Shown here piece by piece: positions 14,494-23,529 of a stretch of 32,321 nucleotides of DNA. The translations under genes were made by a program, and so were the position numbers. Numbering within the stretch: position 1 is the first letter of the stretch; each line of letters opens with the position of its first letter. The stretch covers positions 1 through 32,321 of the forward strand of contig CAZHBO010000001.1 of NCBI GenBank assembly GCA_964530745.1. The letters are read 5' to 3'. The notes beneath the pieces were generated by a model. The model saw only the letters and a list, made by a program, of their open reading frames with translations, ran no database searches and was not told where the DNA came from. This DNA is from an uncultured Thermoplasmatales archaeon (lineage in GTDB: Archaea > Thermoplasmatota > E2 > UBA202 > DSCA01).

Positions 14494-15855
14494 TTATTTC
14501 CCCAAATCCATTGAAAGCATTCTTCTAACTTCTTCAGCGCATCCCCTCATTTCCTCTCCTCTCTCCCTCTTAACTTCAGGCTCCAAAACAGGTCCAGGGC
14601 GCTCACACACAGGGCAATGTTCCAATAGCCTTACCCTGTCTCCAGATATGATAAATCCTGGATAGCTCATAGCAAGGCTGTCAAGAAAAGCAAATCTGCC
14701 CCATTCGTTGTAACCCATAATTTCATATTCTTCATTTAACACCAAAGGTTCAAAATAGGAATGAGGAACATGCAAATAATGTCCCTCGGGGCAATGAACC
14801 ATCCATCCATTTCCTTCAACCATACCATATAAATCCAGGCATTGCTCGGGCGGAATGCCCAATAATTCCTCCACCCTTTTTCTGAATTCCTCAACAGGCA
14901 TCCTTTTATCCTCGTATATTTTCCACCCTCCTCCTGTAACAACTGCTCCATTCTCCCCAAAATTAAATGTTTCGCCATTTCTTTCCAGCTCATCCATAAC
15001 AAAATGAAGAATGTAAGGAGCGCCAACAAATGCTATTTTTCTTCCTTCTTTAGCCATTCTTCTAAGCCAATTAATGATTCTTCTTATCATCTTTTTATTT
15101 TCCCTCCTCATTGCATATTTTATAACTGAGCCCTTTATGCCCCCCTTCATTGCAGATTGTATGAGATCTGTTGTCACTTCTCTATCAATTGCTACTTCCA
15201 CATCTTTTATTACGTCGAAAAATACAGAACAAACTTTTCCAGCATATATATTCGTTTTCAATGGATTCGGCATCAGAACATAGCCACTTGCATCATATTC
15301 CCAAAAGGGATAAACCATCGTTATCACTGTCTTTGCAATCGCATATTCTGATGCATAAAATGTTTTTTTATCTCTTGGAATGAAAGTATGCCTTCCGCTC
15401 GTCCCACTGCTATAAGAGATAACCAAGCCAGCATCGTTAAAACTATTTATGACTTCATCAAACGAGGGATTTTTTTTATTTATAACAACATTTGGAAGCT
15501 CACCAGTAAATATATTCGCGATCCATGACGCAAATTCTTTACCATTGGGATAATCTTTAAAGAAATTGTCTGGAATGAGTGGTATTTTCTTAAAATCATC
15601 TAAATTTTTTATATCGCTAGGGGTAACATCATTTTCCTTACAAAAATTTTTGTAGAAAGGGCTGTGCTCATAATGATATGTAAAAGCATATTTTATGGCT
15701 TTAAACCTCATTTCATCTGCTTCCTTTTTTGGAATATTGTAAATATCAGTTGGCTTATACAATGCCTCATCATTTGCCTTCCATGGCTTTGGTGGGATAT
15801 ACTTTTGAGCGAATTTGTTGAAGGAGGTGATATATTCCTCGAAGCTTTTATTCAT
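14494..15855 (-). CDS. LuxE/PaaK-like adenylate-forming enzyme (acyl-protein synthetase family)
   Basis: 453 aa. The phosphate-binding motif is SYSSGTSGRHTF; I verified SSGTSG as the reverse complement of 15394-15411. Also present are VVTGGGWK, LYGMVE and the C-terminal CPVCERPG...RGC. Together these resemble LuxE-type members of the ANL/PaaK superfamily. The stop lies 1 nt before the next ATG. Confidence 0.68.
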   Translation of the reverse strand: MNKSFEEYITSFNKFAQKYIPPKPWKANDEALYKPTDIYNIPKKEADEMRFKAIKYAFTYHYEHSPFYKNFCKENDVTPSDIKNLDDFKKIPLIPDNFFKDYPNGKEFASWIANIFTGELPNVVINKKNPSFDEVINSFNDAGLVISYSSGTSGRHTFIPRDKKTFYASEYAIAKTVITMVYPFWEYDASGYVLMPNPLKTNIYAGKVCSVFFDVIKDVEVAIDREVTTDLIQSAMKGGIKGSVIKYAMRRENKKMIRRIINWLRRMAKEGRKIAFVGAPYILHFVMDELERNGETFNFGENGAVVTGGGWKIYEDKRMPVEEFRKRVEELLGIPPEQCLDLYGMVEGNGWMVHCPEGHYLHVPHSYFEPLVLNEEYEIMGYNEWGRFAFLDSLAMSYPGFIISGDRVRLLEHCPVCERPGPVLEPEVKRERGEEMRGCAEEVRRMLSMDLGK

Positions 15856-15947
15856 GGAATTGTTATTCTTCCTTTTTTTAAATGTTTTCTTTTAAAACAT
15901 TTTTTAAACCTATTAAATTTTTTTTTAATTAATTTTCGTAACCAAAC

Positions 15948-15955
15948 TTTAAAAA
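15948..15955 (+). promoter_or_regulatory. TATA-like element (TTTAAAAA) for the aRF1 gene
   Basis: It lies about 22-29 nt upstream of the aRF1 ATG at 15977, inside an AT-rich 121-nt divergent intergenic region. No SD is evident, which is consistent with a leaderless mRNA. Confidence 0.35.
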
Positions 15956-15976
15956 GAAGAGGCACTATTCTCTCCT

Positions 15977-17197
15977 ATGGAAGATCTCTCTGCATCAGAA
16001 AAATATCTGTTCAAACGGAAATTGGAAGAGATAGCAAGCATTAAAGGACAGCATACAGAGCTTATTTCCCTTTACATTCCTCCAGATAAGCAAATTTCCG
16101 ATGTAGTGGCACATTTAAGAGATGAATATTCACAATCATCAAATATAAAATCAAAGCAAACGAGGAAAAATGTTCTCTCCGCCATAGAATCCATCATGTC
16201 TAAGCTACGCTATTTCAAACAGCCTCCTCCAAATGGCATGGTATTTTTTGTTGGAGAAGCAACCCAAGAAGGAGGACAAACTAGGATGGTTTCAGAAGTA
16301 ATCGAGCCACCCTTTCCCATAACAACCTATCTTTATAGATGTGACTCTCAATTTTATCTGCAACCTTTGGAAGACATGCTGCAGGAAAAAGATGTTTACG
16401 GGATTTTGTTGATTGATAGAAGAGAATGCACCATTGGATTCCTTACAGGAAAAAGAATAGAAATGGCAGCATATCTTACATCCCGCGTGCCTGGCAAGCA
16501 TGGGAGGGGCGGGCAGTCGCAGCGCCGTTTTGAGCGTCTCATAGAAATTGCTGCCCATGAATGGTTTGTTAAAGCTGGGGAGAAAGCATCTGAATTGTTT
16601 TTGGAGAAGAAAAATTTGAGGGGGGTTATTGTAGGTGGTCCAGGTCCCACAAAAAGGGAGTTTTTGAATGGAGATTATCTTGATTATAGGGTAAAAAATA
16701 AGATAATTGGGGTTTACGATACAGGATATACTGATGAATACGGACTGAAGGAAGTGATAAATAACGCATCGGATGACTTGCAAGACATGGAAATTGTGAA
16801 GGAAAAGAGGATAATAAAAAGACTTTTGGAAGAAATAAGAAATGATAGAGGGCTGGCTATTTACGGGGAAAAAGAGGTAAGAAAAGCACTTGAAATGGGA
16901 GCAGTGGACACCCTTCTTTTATCAGATGCCCTCCGCCAGTATAAAATTGATGTAATTTGTCCTTCATGTGGTTACAGCGGGAAAATGATTGTAAAGGATT
17001 TGGAAAATATAAAATGCCCAAAGTGCTCCTCCCCTCTCAACATAAAAGAAAAGCATGATATTATTGAAGAATATTCAGAGATGGCAAAACAGACGTCTAC
17101 AAAGGTGGAGATCATTTCAAGGGAGACGGAAGAGGGAGAAACTCTTTTGAAGGCATTTGGAGGAATTGCAGGCATACTCAGATACCGTATTGATTGA
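15977..17197 (+). CDS. prf1: Peptide chain release factor aRF1
   Basis: 406 aa. The NIKS stop-codon recognition motif is at 16142-16153 (SSNIKSKQTRKNV). The GGQ peptidyl-hydrolysis motif is at 16508-16516 (HGRGGQSQRRF), and I checked the codons. The C-domain carries a CxxC...CxxC insertion. Confidence 0.95.
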   Translation: MEDLSASEKYLFKRKLEEIASIKGQHTELISLYIPPDKQISDVVAHLRDEYSQSSNIKSKQTRKNVLSAIESIMSKLRYFKQPPPNGMVFFVGEATQEGGQTRMVSEVIEPPFPITTYLYRCDSQFYLQPLEDMLQEKDVYGILLIDRRECTIGFLTGKRIEMAAYLTSRVPGKHGRGGQSQRRFERLIEIAAHEWFVKAGEKASELFLEKKNLRGVIVGGPGPTKREFLNGDYLDYRVKNKIIGVYDTGYTDEYGLKEVINNASDDLQDMEIVKEKRIIKRLLEEIRNDRGLAIYGEKEVRKALEMGAVDTLLLSDALRQYKIDVICPSCGYSGKMIVKDLENIKCPKCSSPLNIKEKHDIIEEYSEMAKQTSTKVEIISRETEEGETLLKAFGGIAGILRYRID

Positions 17198-17205
17198 GAG
17201 ATAAA

Positions 17206-17739
17206 ATGGAATCTCAAAAGATAGAGATAATCCGTAGTGAAAGGAGGAAGAAAACCATACAAGGAAAGGAGATAAATGGAAAAATATATGTTTATTTACC
17301 TGCAGGAATGAGTAAGGAAGAGGAAAAGAAATGGATAGATGCAATTATAAAAAAAATGGAGAGAAAAAAGAGGAGGCGGAAACTTAATAGTGATGAAGCA
17401 TTGTTCAAGCGCGCTCAGGAAATTAATAAAAAATATTTTGATGGGAGATTAAAATTTGATATAAAGTATGTTACAAACCAAAATACTAGGTTTGGTAGTT
17501 GCACTCCAGAAAATAAGACAATTAGACTGTCCCATAGGCTAGCTGATATGCCTCAATGGGTTATAGATTATGTAATAATTCATGAATTGGCACACCTGCT
17601 TCATCCAAATCATTCAAAAAAATTTTGGGAATTGGTAAATCGTTATAAATATGCGGAAAGGGCAAGAGGTTATCTCATAGCTGTTGGCATGGCATCTGAT
17701 GAAGAAGTTAATAACCGTACAATTTCAGAATCTGGGTAA
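17206..17739 (+). CDS. DUF45/YgjP-like (M48/WLM-type) zinc metallopeptidase
   Basis: The sequence RFGSCTPENKTIRLSHRLADMPQWVIDYVIIHELAHLLHPNHSKKFWELV is the DUF45 signature, including HExxH. The ORF-track start at 17194 is a TTG overlapping the aRF1 stop. I prefer the ATG at 17206. Confidence 0.8.
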   Translation: MESQKIEIIRSERRKKTIQGKEINGKIYVYLPAGMSKEEEKKWIDAIIKKMERKKRRRKLNSDEALFKRAQEINKKYFDGRLKFDIKYVTNQNTRFGSCTPENKTIRLSHRLADMPQWVIDYVIIHELAHLLHPNHSKKFWELVNRYKYAERARGYLIAVGMASDEEVNNRTISESG

Positions 17740-19870
17740 TCCATTCAGTAATTTTTTCTATGATGCTTATATGGTAATATCCAGTATACAAATGCAGAGG
17801 CTCAGACCAGTCGCTCTCAAATCCAAAGGTATCTTTTGCCTTTACCCTAATCCTATAAATTCCTCTTTTAGCCCAGACATGGGAGGCTTCTGCTTTTTCT
17901 CCAGAATCAAATGGTCCAATCCAATTGCTTGTATTCCCATCTCCCCAATCCCATTTGTAGTATACCTTATCGCCATTAATATCTGTAGTTGAGGTGATAT
18001 ATGTATATTCAATGCCTGCTTTTATCCTCTTTGGACCAGATGGTGTGGAAGGAGGGTTGGGGGCATTGCTAATACGAAAAGCAACAGAAGGATCACCAAA
18101 CAAATTTAATTGATAATAGCACCACCTCATCATTGAGCGCTGTATGAGGTAGAGATTATCTTCCTTGGAGTCTTGGTTTGCTTTACCTATTGCCAATATA
18201 TTTTCACCAAATACAGCATCCCAGAACTCGCGATTATAACGTTGTGAGTCGCCATCAGTGCTAAAAGACCAAAAGAAGCCATAGCGTGCATTCATGATGG
18301 CAGCAAAAGCACCATGCCCTGTTTTTACTGTAAGATACTCTGCAATGCAATCGCCATTGTCAAATCCACCAGCCATGCATCCTTGGGAATAAATGAAGCA
18401 ATAATTTTCATTTGTAAGGGATTCAACATCATCATTCACCATCTTCATATTGTATCCATAGGAAGAGTGCCCCAAATGGTTTATGATATGTACTCCATCA
18501 TTTATCCGCCCGATAATCTCTGACTTCGGCCAATAATTATCTGACCAATCTCTATCATATAATTTATCTATTGTATACTTGGTAGAGGGTATACCAACAG
18601 TTGTATATCCATCTGCATCTGATTCATTTATTAGCTGATCTAAATAATTCCCACCCCAGCTTGCAATACCATAGTCTCCAAGATATTCTCCAGCCAGGCA
18701 AACCTTCCAGAGGTAATCACCCCTACTCCCCATATATGCCAATGTCTTTTTTATAAAATTATTTGCTTCCTTTATGTTACCAACACATGCCCTCCCGACC
18801 CAGACTTCTGCCATGAGGTCAACATCTCCTCCATTATCTCCATCATTCGGCTCACCCCATTTGCCATCTCCATCATAATTGAAAGTGCCATCCAAACATG
18901 CATAATATAAATCAGAGGGCATAAATGTGGAATAAGGTTCGACATTTTCATCTAATCCTTCTACCCACAGCATCTTTGCGGGGACAACATCATCATCCCC
19001 CCCCAACAAAACATAATCTATATTCCAATTTAGGTAAGCATTTCTTATATAATCTCTAATTTCTTCAGGGCTGCTGCCAGTTTCTGTAAGCGTTTTAATC
19101 ACTGTGTGGATGTCATGATCATCATGATAATTCTTTAAATCTTCAAAAGCTCCTTCAAGAGAATCTGTAGTGATGATGAGGAGATCATATTCTTCCAAGG
19201 AACTTTTCCTCATTTTTTTTGTATATGTATCTGCAACACTTGGATTATCAACTTTTTTAATAACCTCCATTTTGTCTTTTTCTAATCCACGAAATAATGG
19301 ATTTATGTAATTGTCCTCCTTAGTCTTTACAGAAATCGTTATGTGCTTATAGTAAAAGATTTCTCCTGTGGCGGGAATATATTGAACAGGATGAAGCATC
19401 AAAACAAGTATTTCATATCCTCTAAAATTATAAATCCCAACTTTTGTAAATAATTTTCCTGGAAATGGATTTTTTGAGTTATAGATTTTTTTATTAGGAA
19501 TAGGTGGTTGAGGTGTATCCGATAGTGGGACGGAATTACCCATGGGCATGATTTTATAGCCTGAGCCCAAAAACACTTTCTCGCTGGGCGTAGCGATTAT
19601 CTTGCCAACCTTTGTTTTTTGAGGTAATAAAATATATGCACCCTTAGCGGGCAAGCAAGGCTCGCCAGGATTACTGCCATAAGAAAGACTGTTCATATCG
19701 ATCATGTCATATTCATTTTTGCCAACTACAACTTTCTTTATTACTGGCTCATCAAATGAATAATTTATGGAAATGATATCAGAATTCTCCTCTGTATTTC
19801 CTATTGCCTCTATTAGTGGCGTTCCAAAAAGGATAAAACAAATCCCGATTGCTATGGCTGCCTTTGGCAT
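17708..19870 (-). CDS. Secreted peptidase C25 (gingipain-like) with N-terminal propeptide and C-terminal PKD domain
   Basis: The signal peptide is MPKAAIAIGICFILFGTPLIEAIG. The propeptide-like region is YSFDEPVIKKV...GEPCLPAKGAYILLP. The C25 core blocks are YVLLGGDDDVVPA, MPSDLYYA and VGRA. The catalytic His in INHLGHSSYG was verified as a CAC codon at 18467-18469. The catalytic Cys in YSQGCMAGG was verified as a TGC codon at 18377-18379. The closing block is LFGDPSVAF. The PKD domain (about 17795-18052) reads YYKWDWGDGNTS...HVWAKRGIYRIRVKAKDTFGFESDWS. The ORF-track start at 19894 is a TTG. I prefer the ATG at 19870, which follows an AAGGT. Confidence 0.85.
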   Translation of the reverse strand: MPKAAIAIGICFILFGTPLIEAIGNTEENSDIISINYSFDEPVIKKVVVGKNEYDMIDMNSLSYGSNPGEPCLPAKGAYILLPQKTKVGKIIATPSEKVFLGSGYKIMPMGNSVPLSDTPQPPIPNKKIYNSKNPFPGKLFTKVGIYNFRGYEILVLMLHPVQYIPATGEIFYYKHITISVKTKEDNYINPLFRGLEKDKMEVIKKVDNPSVADTYTKKMRKSSLEEYDLLIITTDSLEGAFEDLKNYHDDHDIHTVIKTLTETGSSPEEIRDYIRNAYLNWNIDYVLLGGDDDVVPAKMLWVEGLDENVEPYSTFMPSDLYYACLDGTFNYDGDGKWGEPNDGDNGGDVDLMAEVWVGRACVGNIKEANNFIKKTLAYMGSRGDYLWKVCLAGEYLGDYGIASWGGNYLDQLINESDADGYTTVGIPSTKYTIDKLYDRDWSDNYWPKSEIIGRINDGVHIINHLGHSSYGYNMKMVNDDVESLTNENYCFIYSQGCMAGGFDNGDCIAEYLTVKTGHGAFAAIMNARYGFFWSFSTDGDSQRYNREFWDAVFGENILAIGKANQDSKEDNLYLIQRSMMRWCYYQLNLFGDPSVAFRISNAPNPPSTPSGPKRIKAGIEYTYITSTTDINGDKVYYKWDWGDGNTSNWIGPFDSGEKAEASHVWAKRGIYRIRVKAKDTFGFESDWSEPLHLYTGYYHISIIEKITEWITQILKLYGY

Positions 19871-19996
19871 TTTGTTTACCTTAGGATAATGCAATGCTTT
19901 TGCTTATATATATGTAACGAAAGCCACCATCAATCCCTTTAAATATATAGAGGTTGTATTTCAAGAAATATTTAAAGCATATTTTGTTTTACTTTT

Positions 19997-21010
19997 ATGA
20001 AAAAATATGTTATTGCAATCATTTTTCTCCTACTTCTTCCCTCATTCTCTGCTGAAAGAATGGATGAATCTTTAGAATGCTCATCTGCTACTGATGAATT
20101 TTTTACACCAGAAAATATTACACTAAAAGATGATGCATTTCATGTATTTCCATTACATGCGGAAACATGGTATTATGAATGCTTTTTTGACAATGATTAT
20201 AGCATGGTTTTCATTGTAACTGTTCTTTCAAATGGCAGGACTGGATTAGCACTTGCTGGAATATACATTTACAGGAACACTCATTTGGAATATAGTGACA
20301 GGATTTTCATACCATCACCATTTTTCTTTGCATCAGATAAAAAACCATTGATAAAAATTTTTGGAAAAGAAATTATAAACGGAGATATTGATAAAGAAGG
20401 AAATTTATACTATAACATACTTTTTGAAAATAATGGATATGGTATCTCCCTTACCTTCATAAATGAAACAAGGGGATGGAAGGGGAAGATGGGCAGGGGA
20501 TGGTGGCTTGCTGTTCCAAAATGTAAGGTAAGGGGAACCCTCGTAATAAATGATGAGAAAATGGAGGTAGAGGGGATAGGATACCATGACCATAATATCT
20601 TTCACCTTTATACGCCCTTGGTTGAGAGGGGCTACATTGATGGAAAACTGCTTGCCGAACCTTCTATTGTATGGGGAGAAATATTTCATACGAGATGGAA
20701 TAGTGACGCTTTTGCAGTGATTAGTTATAAAAGAAAATACATTTCAATTCCACAAAAGAATATAACTATAAAAGAAGATTCCTATATCTATGATCATGGA
20801 AGATTTATTCCTACTGAAGTGAATTTTTCCTTCAACGTTGGCAATGAAATGGAAGGATTTTTGCATGTTAAAGCAGAAGATTTTCATCATATTAGATTAC
20901 CCCTCCTTTGGTATTGGAGATATCATGTAAGAGTGGAAGGGAAGATAAAAATCGGAAAGGATGAAATTGAGGTAAATAAAATAGAAATGATGGAATTGAT
21001 GATTTATTAA
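19997..21010 (+). CDS. Secreted protein, possibly CrtC/AttH-like (carotenoid 1,2-hydratase / lipocalin-like family)
   Basis: 337 aa. The signal peptide is MKKYVIAIIFLLLLPSFSA. ETWYYECFF and GIGYHDHN (20573-20596) resemble the WY and G.GYhDHNwG blocks of the hydroxyneurosporene synthase/AttH family. This assignment is from memory only. A TATA-like TATTTAAA lies at 19969-19976. Confidence 0.45.
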   Translation: MKKYVIAIIFLLLLPSFSAERMDESLECSSATDEFFTPENITLKDDAFHVFPLHAETWYYECFFDNDYSMVFIVTVLSNGRTGLALAGIYIYRNTHLEYSDRIFIPSPFFFASDKKPLIKIFGKEIINGDIDKEGNLYYNILFENNGYGISLTFINETRGWKGKMGRGWWLAVPKCKVRGTLVINDEKMEVEGIGYHDHNIFHLYTPLVERGYIDGKLLAEPSIVWGEIFHTRWNSDAFAVISYKRKYISIPQKNITIKEDSYIYDHGRFIPTEVNFSFNVGNEMEGFLHVKAEDFHHIRLPLLWYWRYHVRVEGKIKIGKDEIEVNKIEMMELMIY

Positions 21011-21642
21011 TGATACAGCCTTATTATCTTTTTTGCCCATTTTAACTTTTTTTTCTTTATCGCTGCATCCTTACCTTCTTTACTTTTTGGGTTCTCAAAA
21101 TCAAATCCAATGAGATTTATCTTTTTTGCTTTGAAATGTTTGGCGAGACAATATGCTCTGTCTCCATCAGTGAATCCACCAAAATTGTGGACACTGCGTA
21201 AGGGCTTTGATTGAGTCGTTCCCATGATTTTTTTATTAAAGCAGGGAACCCATTTTTTTAATGTTGCAATATTATCTCCATGGGCATGAATGAGGATTAT
21301 GCTCCCTTTTTCATTTGCAATCATTTGGTCTCTTACATTTCCATCCAAATCTGTTACAATGATGCCTGGAGTGATGCCGTGCTTCATCAAAAAAGAAGTT
21401 GATTCATCCGCAGCAATTACAACGCCCTTAATTTCTTTAATCTCATCTTTTAAATTTTCACCAGCTCCACATATGCTTATCTCCCTCCTTTCAATTAATT
21501 TCTTTATTTCTTCTTTCTTTACAACATTTTTATTCTCCAGCAATTTTGAAAGCAATATAGCTGCTTTTTCATCTTTTTCTATGCTATACCCAAATTCTTT
21601 TACTATCTCTTTGTATATTCCTTCCCATTCCTCAAAGTCCAT
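21007..21642 (-). CDS. mptE: 6-hydroxymethyl-7,8-dihydropterin pyrophosphokinase, archaeal MptE type (DUF115)
   Basis: 211 aa. The sequence W...Y..I...fgy....D..aa..L, then ICGAG..L, VIAADESTSFLMKHGITPGIIVTDLDG and HAHGDN, matches the MptE/DUF115 layout. Confidence 0.7.
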   Translation of the reverse strand: MDFEEWEGIYKEIVKEFGYSIEKDEKAAILLSKLLENKNVVKKEEIKKLIERREISICGAGENLKDEIKEIKGVVIAADESTSFLMKHGITPGIIVTDLDGNVRDQMIANEKGSIILIHAHGDNIATLKKWVPCFNKKIMGTTQSKPLRSVHNFGGFTDGDRAYCLAKHFKAKKINLIGFDFENPKSKEGKDAAIKKKKLKWAKKIIRLYH

Positions 21643-21643
21643 T

Positions 21644-22585
21644 TTACTCCCATTCTACCGTGCCTGGAGGTTTATGGGTTATATCATAAACAACTCTATT
21701 CACTTCCTTTATTTCATTAGTAATGCGAGTTGATATTTTTTCCAAAACTTCATGAGGAATTTTGCTGAAATCTGCAGTCATTGCATCAACTGATTCTACA
21801 GAACGGACAGCAATGGTATAGCCATATGCTCTCCTGTCTCCATGAACGCCAACACTTTTTATTGGAAGCATAACAGCAAAATACTGCCATGGTTTTGTCA
21901 TTTTTCCTTCCTTGACAGCATTTTCTATTTCCTCCTCAACTATTGCACATGCCTCCCTAACTATCTCCACTTTCTCAGGTGTTGCCTCTCCGAGAATGCG
22001 AACAGCCAAGCCTGGTCCTGGAAATGGCTGCTTCTCTGCCACTTCCAGCTTAAGTGCTCTTGCCACCTTCCTTACCTCATCCTTATACAAATCACGCAAT
22101 GGCTCCACGACATTTAATTTTATGTCCGAGGGCAATCCACCAACATTATGATGACTTTTTATTGTATCTCTCAGTCCTCCTCCGCTTTCAATCCAATCGG
22201 GAGCTATGGTTCCTTGAAGGAGATGGGTTGCGCCTTCTTTCATTGCCTCCCTTTCAAATATTCTTATAAATTTCTCTCCAATTATTTTCCTCTTCTCCTC
22301 GGGGTCAACAACCCCTTTCAATGCTTCATAAAATTCATCTTTTGCATCCACATAACGAAAATTTATCCCCATTTTTTTGAAAAATTCTTTTACTTTCTCC
22401 CCTTCATTCTTGCGCATGAATCCTGTATCAACATAAATTGCAACCATTCTGTCTCCTAAAGCCATGCTGCCAAGTTTTGCCACAACGCTTGAATCAACTC
22501 CTCCAGAGACAGCAACAACAGCCTTCCCTTCAACTTTTTTTAACTCCTTCACTGCCTCTTGAATGAAAGCTTTCTCATCAAACAT
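21644..22585 (-). CDS. guaA: GMP synthase [glutamine-hydrolysing] subunit B (ATP pyrophosphatase domain)
   Basis: 313 aa. The PP-loop is [32 protein letters not shown] and the C-terminal [14 protein letters not shown] are diagnostic. There is no GATase domain, so this is the split archaeal subunit B. Confidence 0.92.
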   Translation of the reverse strand: MFDEKAFIQEAVKELKKVEGKAVVAVSGGVDSSVVAKLGSMALGDRMVAIYVDTGFMRKNEGEKVKEFFKKMGINFRYVDAKDEFYEALKGVVDPEEKRKIIGEKFIRIFEREAMKEGATHLLQGTIAPDWIESGGGLRDTIKSHHNVGGLPSDIKLNVVEPLRDLYKDEVRKVARALKLEVAEKQPFPGPGLAVRILGEATPEKVEIVREACAIVEEEIENAVKEGKMTKPWQYFAVMLPIKSVGVHGDRRAYGYTIAVRSVESVDAMTADFSKIPHEVLEKISTRITNEIKEVNRVVYDITHKPPGTVEWE

Positions 22586-23015
22586 ATTTCTCCCTCATTT
22601 TTTTCCTGTAATTCTCCAATTTTTTTTGCAATTTTTTATCCTTCATTGCAAGAATCTCCACAGCAAGCAGAGCAGCATTATCTCCCCTGTCTAAGCCAAC
22701 GGCAGCAACAGGAATGCCCGGAGGCATCTGCACTATGGAAAGAATGGAATCAAGATTTACTTTACCAGATACAGGAACGCCGATGACAGGCTTTATTGTA
22801 TGTGCTGCTATGCTCCCTGGCAATGCTGCCGCTAAACCAGCGATGGCAATGAAAACATCTGCATCACTTTCAGCAATTTTTTTGACTTTCTCAGGAGTGC
22901 GATGCGCAGACGCTACTGAAATTTCATACTCTATTCCAAAATTTTTCAGCATATCCTCTGCCTTTTTTGCTATATGCTCATCACTCTTTGAGCCCATCAC
23001 AATATGAACTTTCAT
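22578..23015 (-). CDS. purE: N5-carboxyaminoimidazole ribonucleotide mutase PurE
   Basis: 145 aa. The signature blocks are [29 protein letters not shown] and [17 protein letters not shown]. It overlaps the guaA start by 8 nt. Confidence 0.9.
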   Translation of the reverse strand: MKVHIVMGSKSDEHIAKKAEDMLKNFGIEYEISVASAHRTPEKVKKIAESDADVFIAIAGLAAALPGSIAAHTIKPVIGVPVSGKVNLDSILSIVQMPPGIPVAAVGLDRGDNAALLAVEILAMKDKKLQKKLENYRKKMREKYV

Positions 23016-23045
23016 AAAAAATGAATGCCAATGCCTTATATTTTT

Positions 23046-23444
23046 TTATGCCTTTGAAGAGTCTACCCCAAAATATTTTTTCACATGTGGTCTTGTAAGA
23101 TAAAATAAAATTGCTATGCCAACAAACAAGGAAATCACTCCGATAAACATTTGAATTAACGAGCTGTATTGGTATGATGTCAGCATCGAAACTATAGAAC
23201 CAATGAGATTTATGATGATTATGATTAACGCTAAAAACCAAGACCATCGCAGTCCTTTCAGAAAACCATAGGCGATTAGTAGGAGGAGCATAACCATAAT
23301 TATACCTATTAGCCATAAATATATCACAAAGTGAGAGAATCCGGCATTAATAAGGGGCATCAATAGCATAGCTATAGTATAATAAATTACGCCAATGATT
23401 GCCAGAATTGCCAATATTGTGATGCCCAATGGTCTTTCATCCAT
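23046..23444 (-). CDS. Integral membrane protein (about 4 TM helices), unknown function
   Basis: 132 aa. The protein is almost entirely hydrophobic helices, ending in LTRPHVKKYF. I verified the ATG at 23442-23444. I recognise no family. Confidence 0.55.
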   Translation of the reverse strand: MDERPLGITILAILAIIGVIYYTIAMLLMPLINAGFSHFVIYLWLIGIIMVMLLLLIAYGFLKGLRWSWFLALIIIIINLIGSIVSMLTSYQYSSLIQMFIGVISLFVGIAILFYLTRPHVKKYFGVDSSKA

Positions 23445-23529
23445 TTCATTGATTTTATCATAGACCAGTTTAAGTGTTTTTTGTTTCGGTTACATAAAAT
23501 CTAAATAACCTACCCTTTTATATCATAAA

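Noticed and set aside
16958-17026. CxxC...CxxC zinc-ribbon insertion in the aRF1 C-domain (CPSCGYSG...CPKCSS), and a similar one in GlyRS (25459-25557, CEKCK...CPECGE).
   Set aside because: To my recollection, such zinc-ribbon insertions at these positions occur in many euryarchaeal aRF1 and archaeal-type GlyRS sequences. They are probably lineage-typical rather than novel. An alignment to orthologs would confirm this.
19879-19890. A TTAGGATA half-site resembling a DtxR box upstream of the second C25 peptidase ATG.
   Set aside because: It is only a single half-site with no inverted partner at any sensible spacing. Such an 8-mer is expected by chance in AT-rich DNA.
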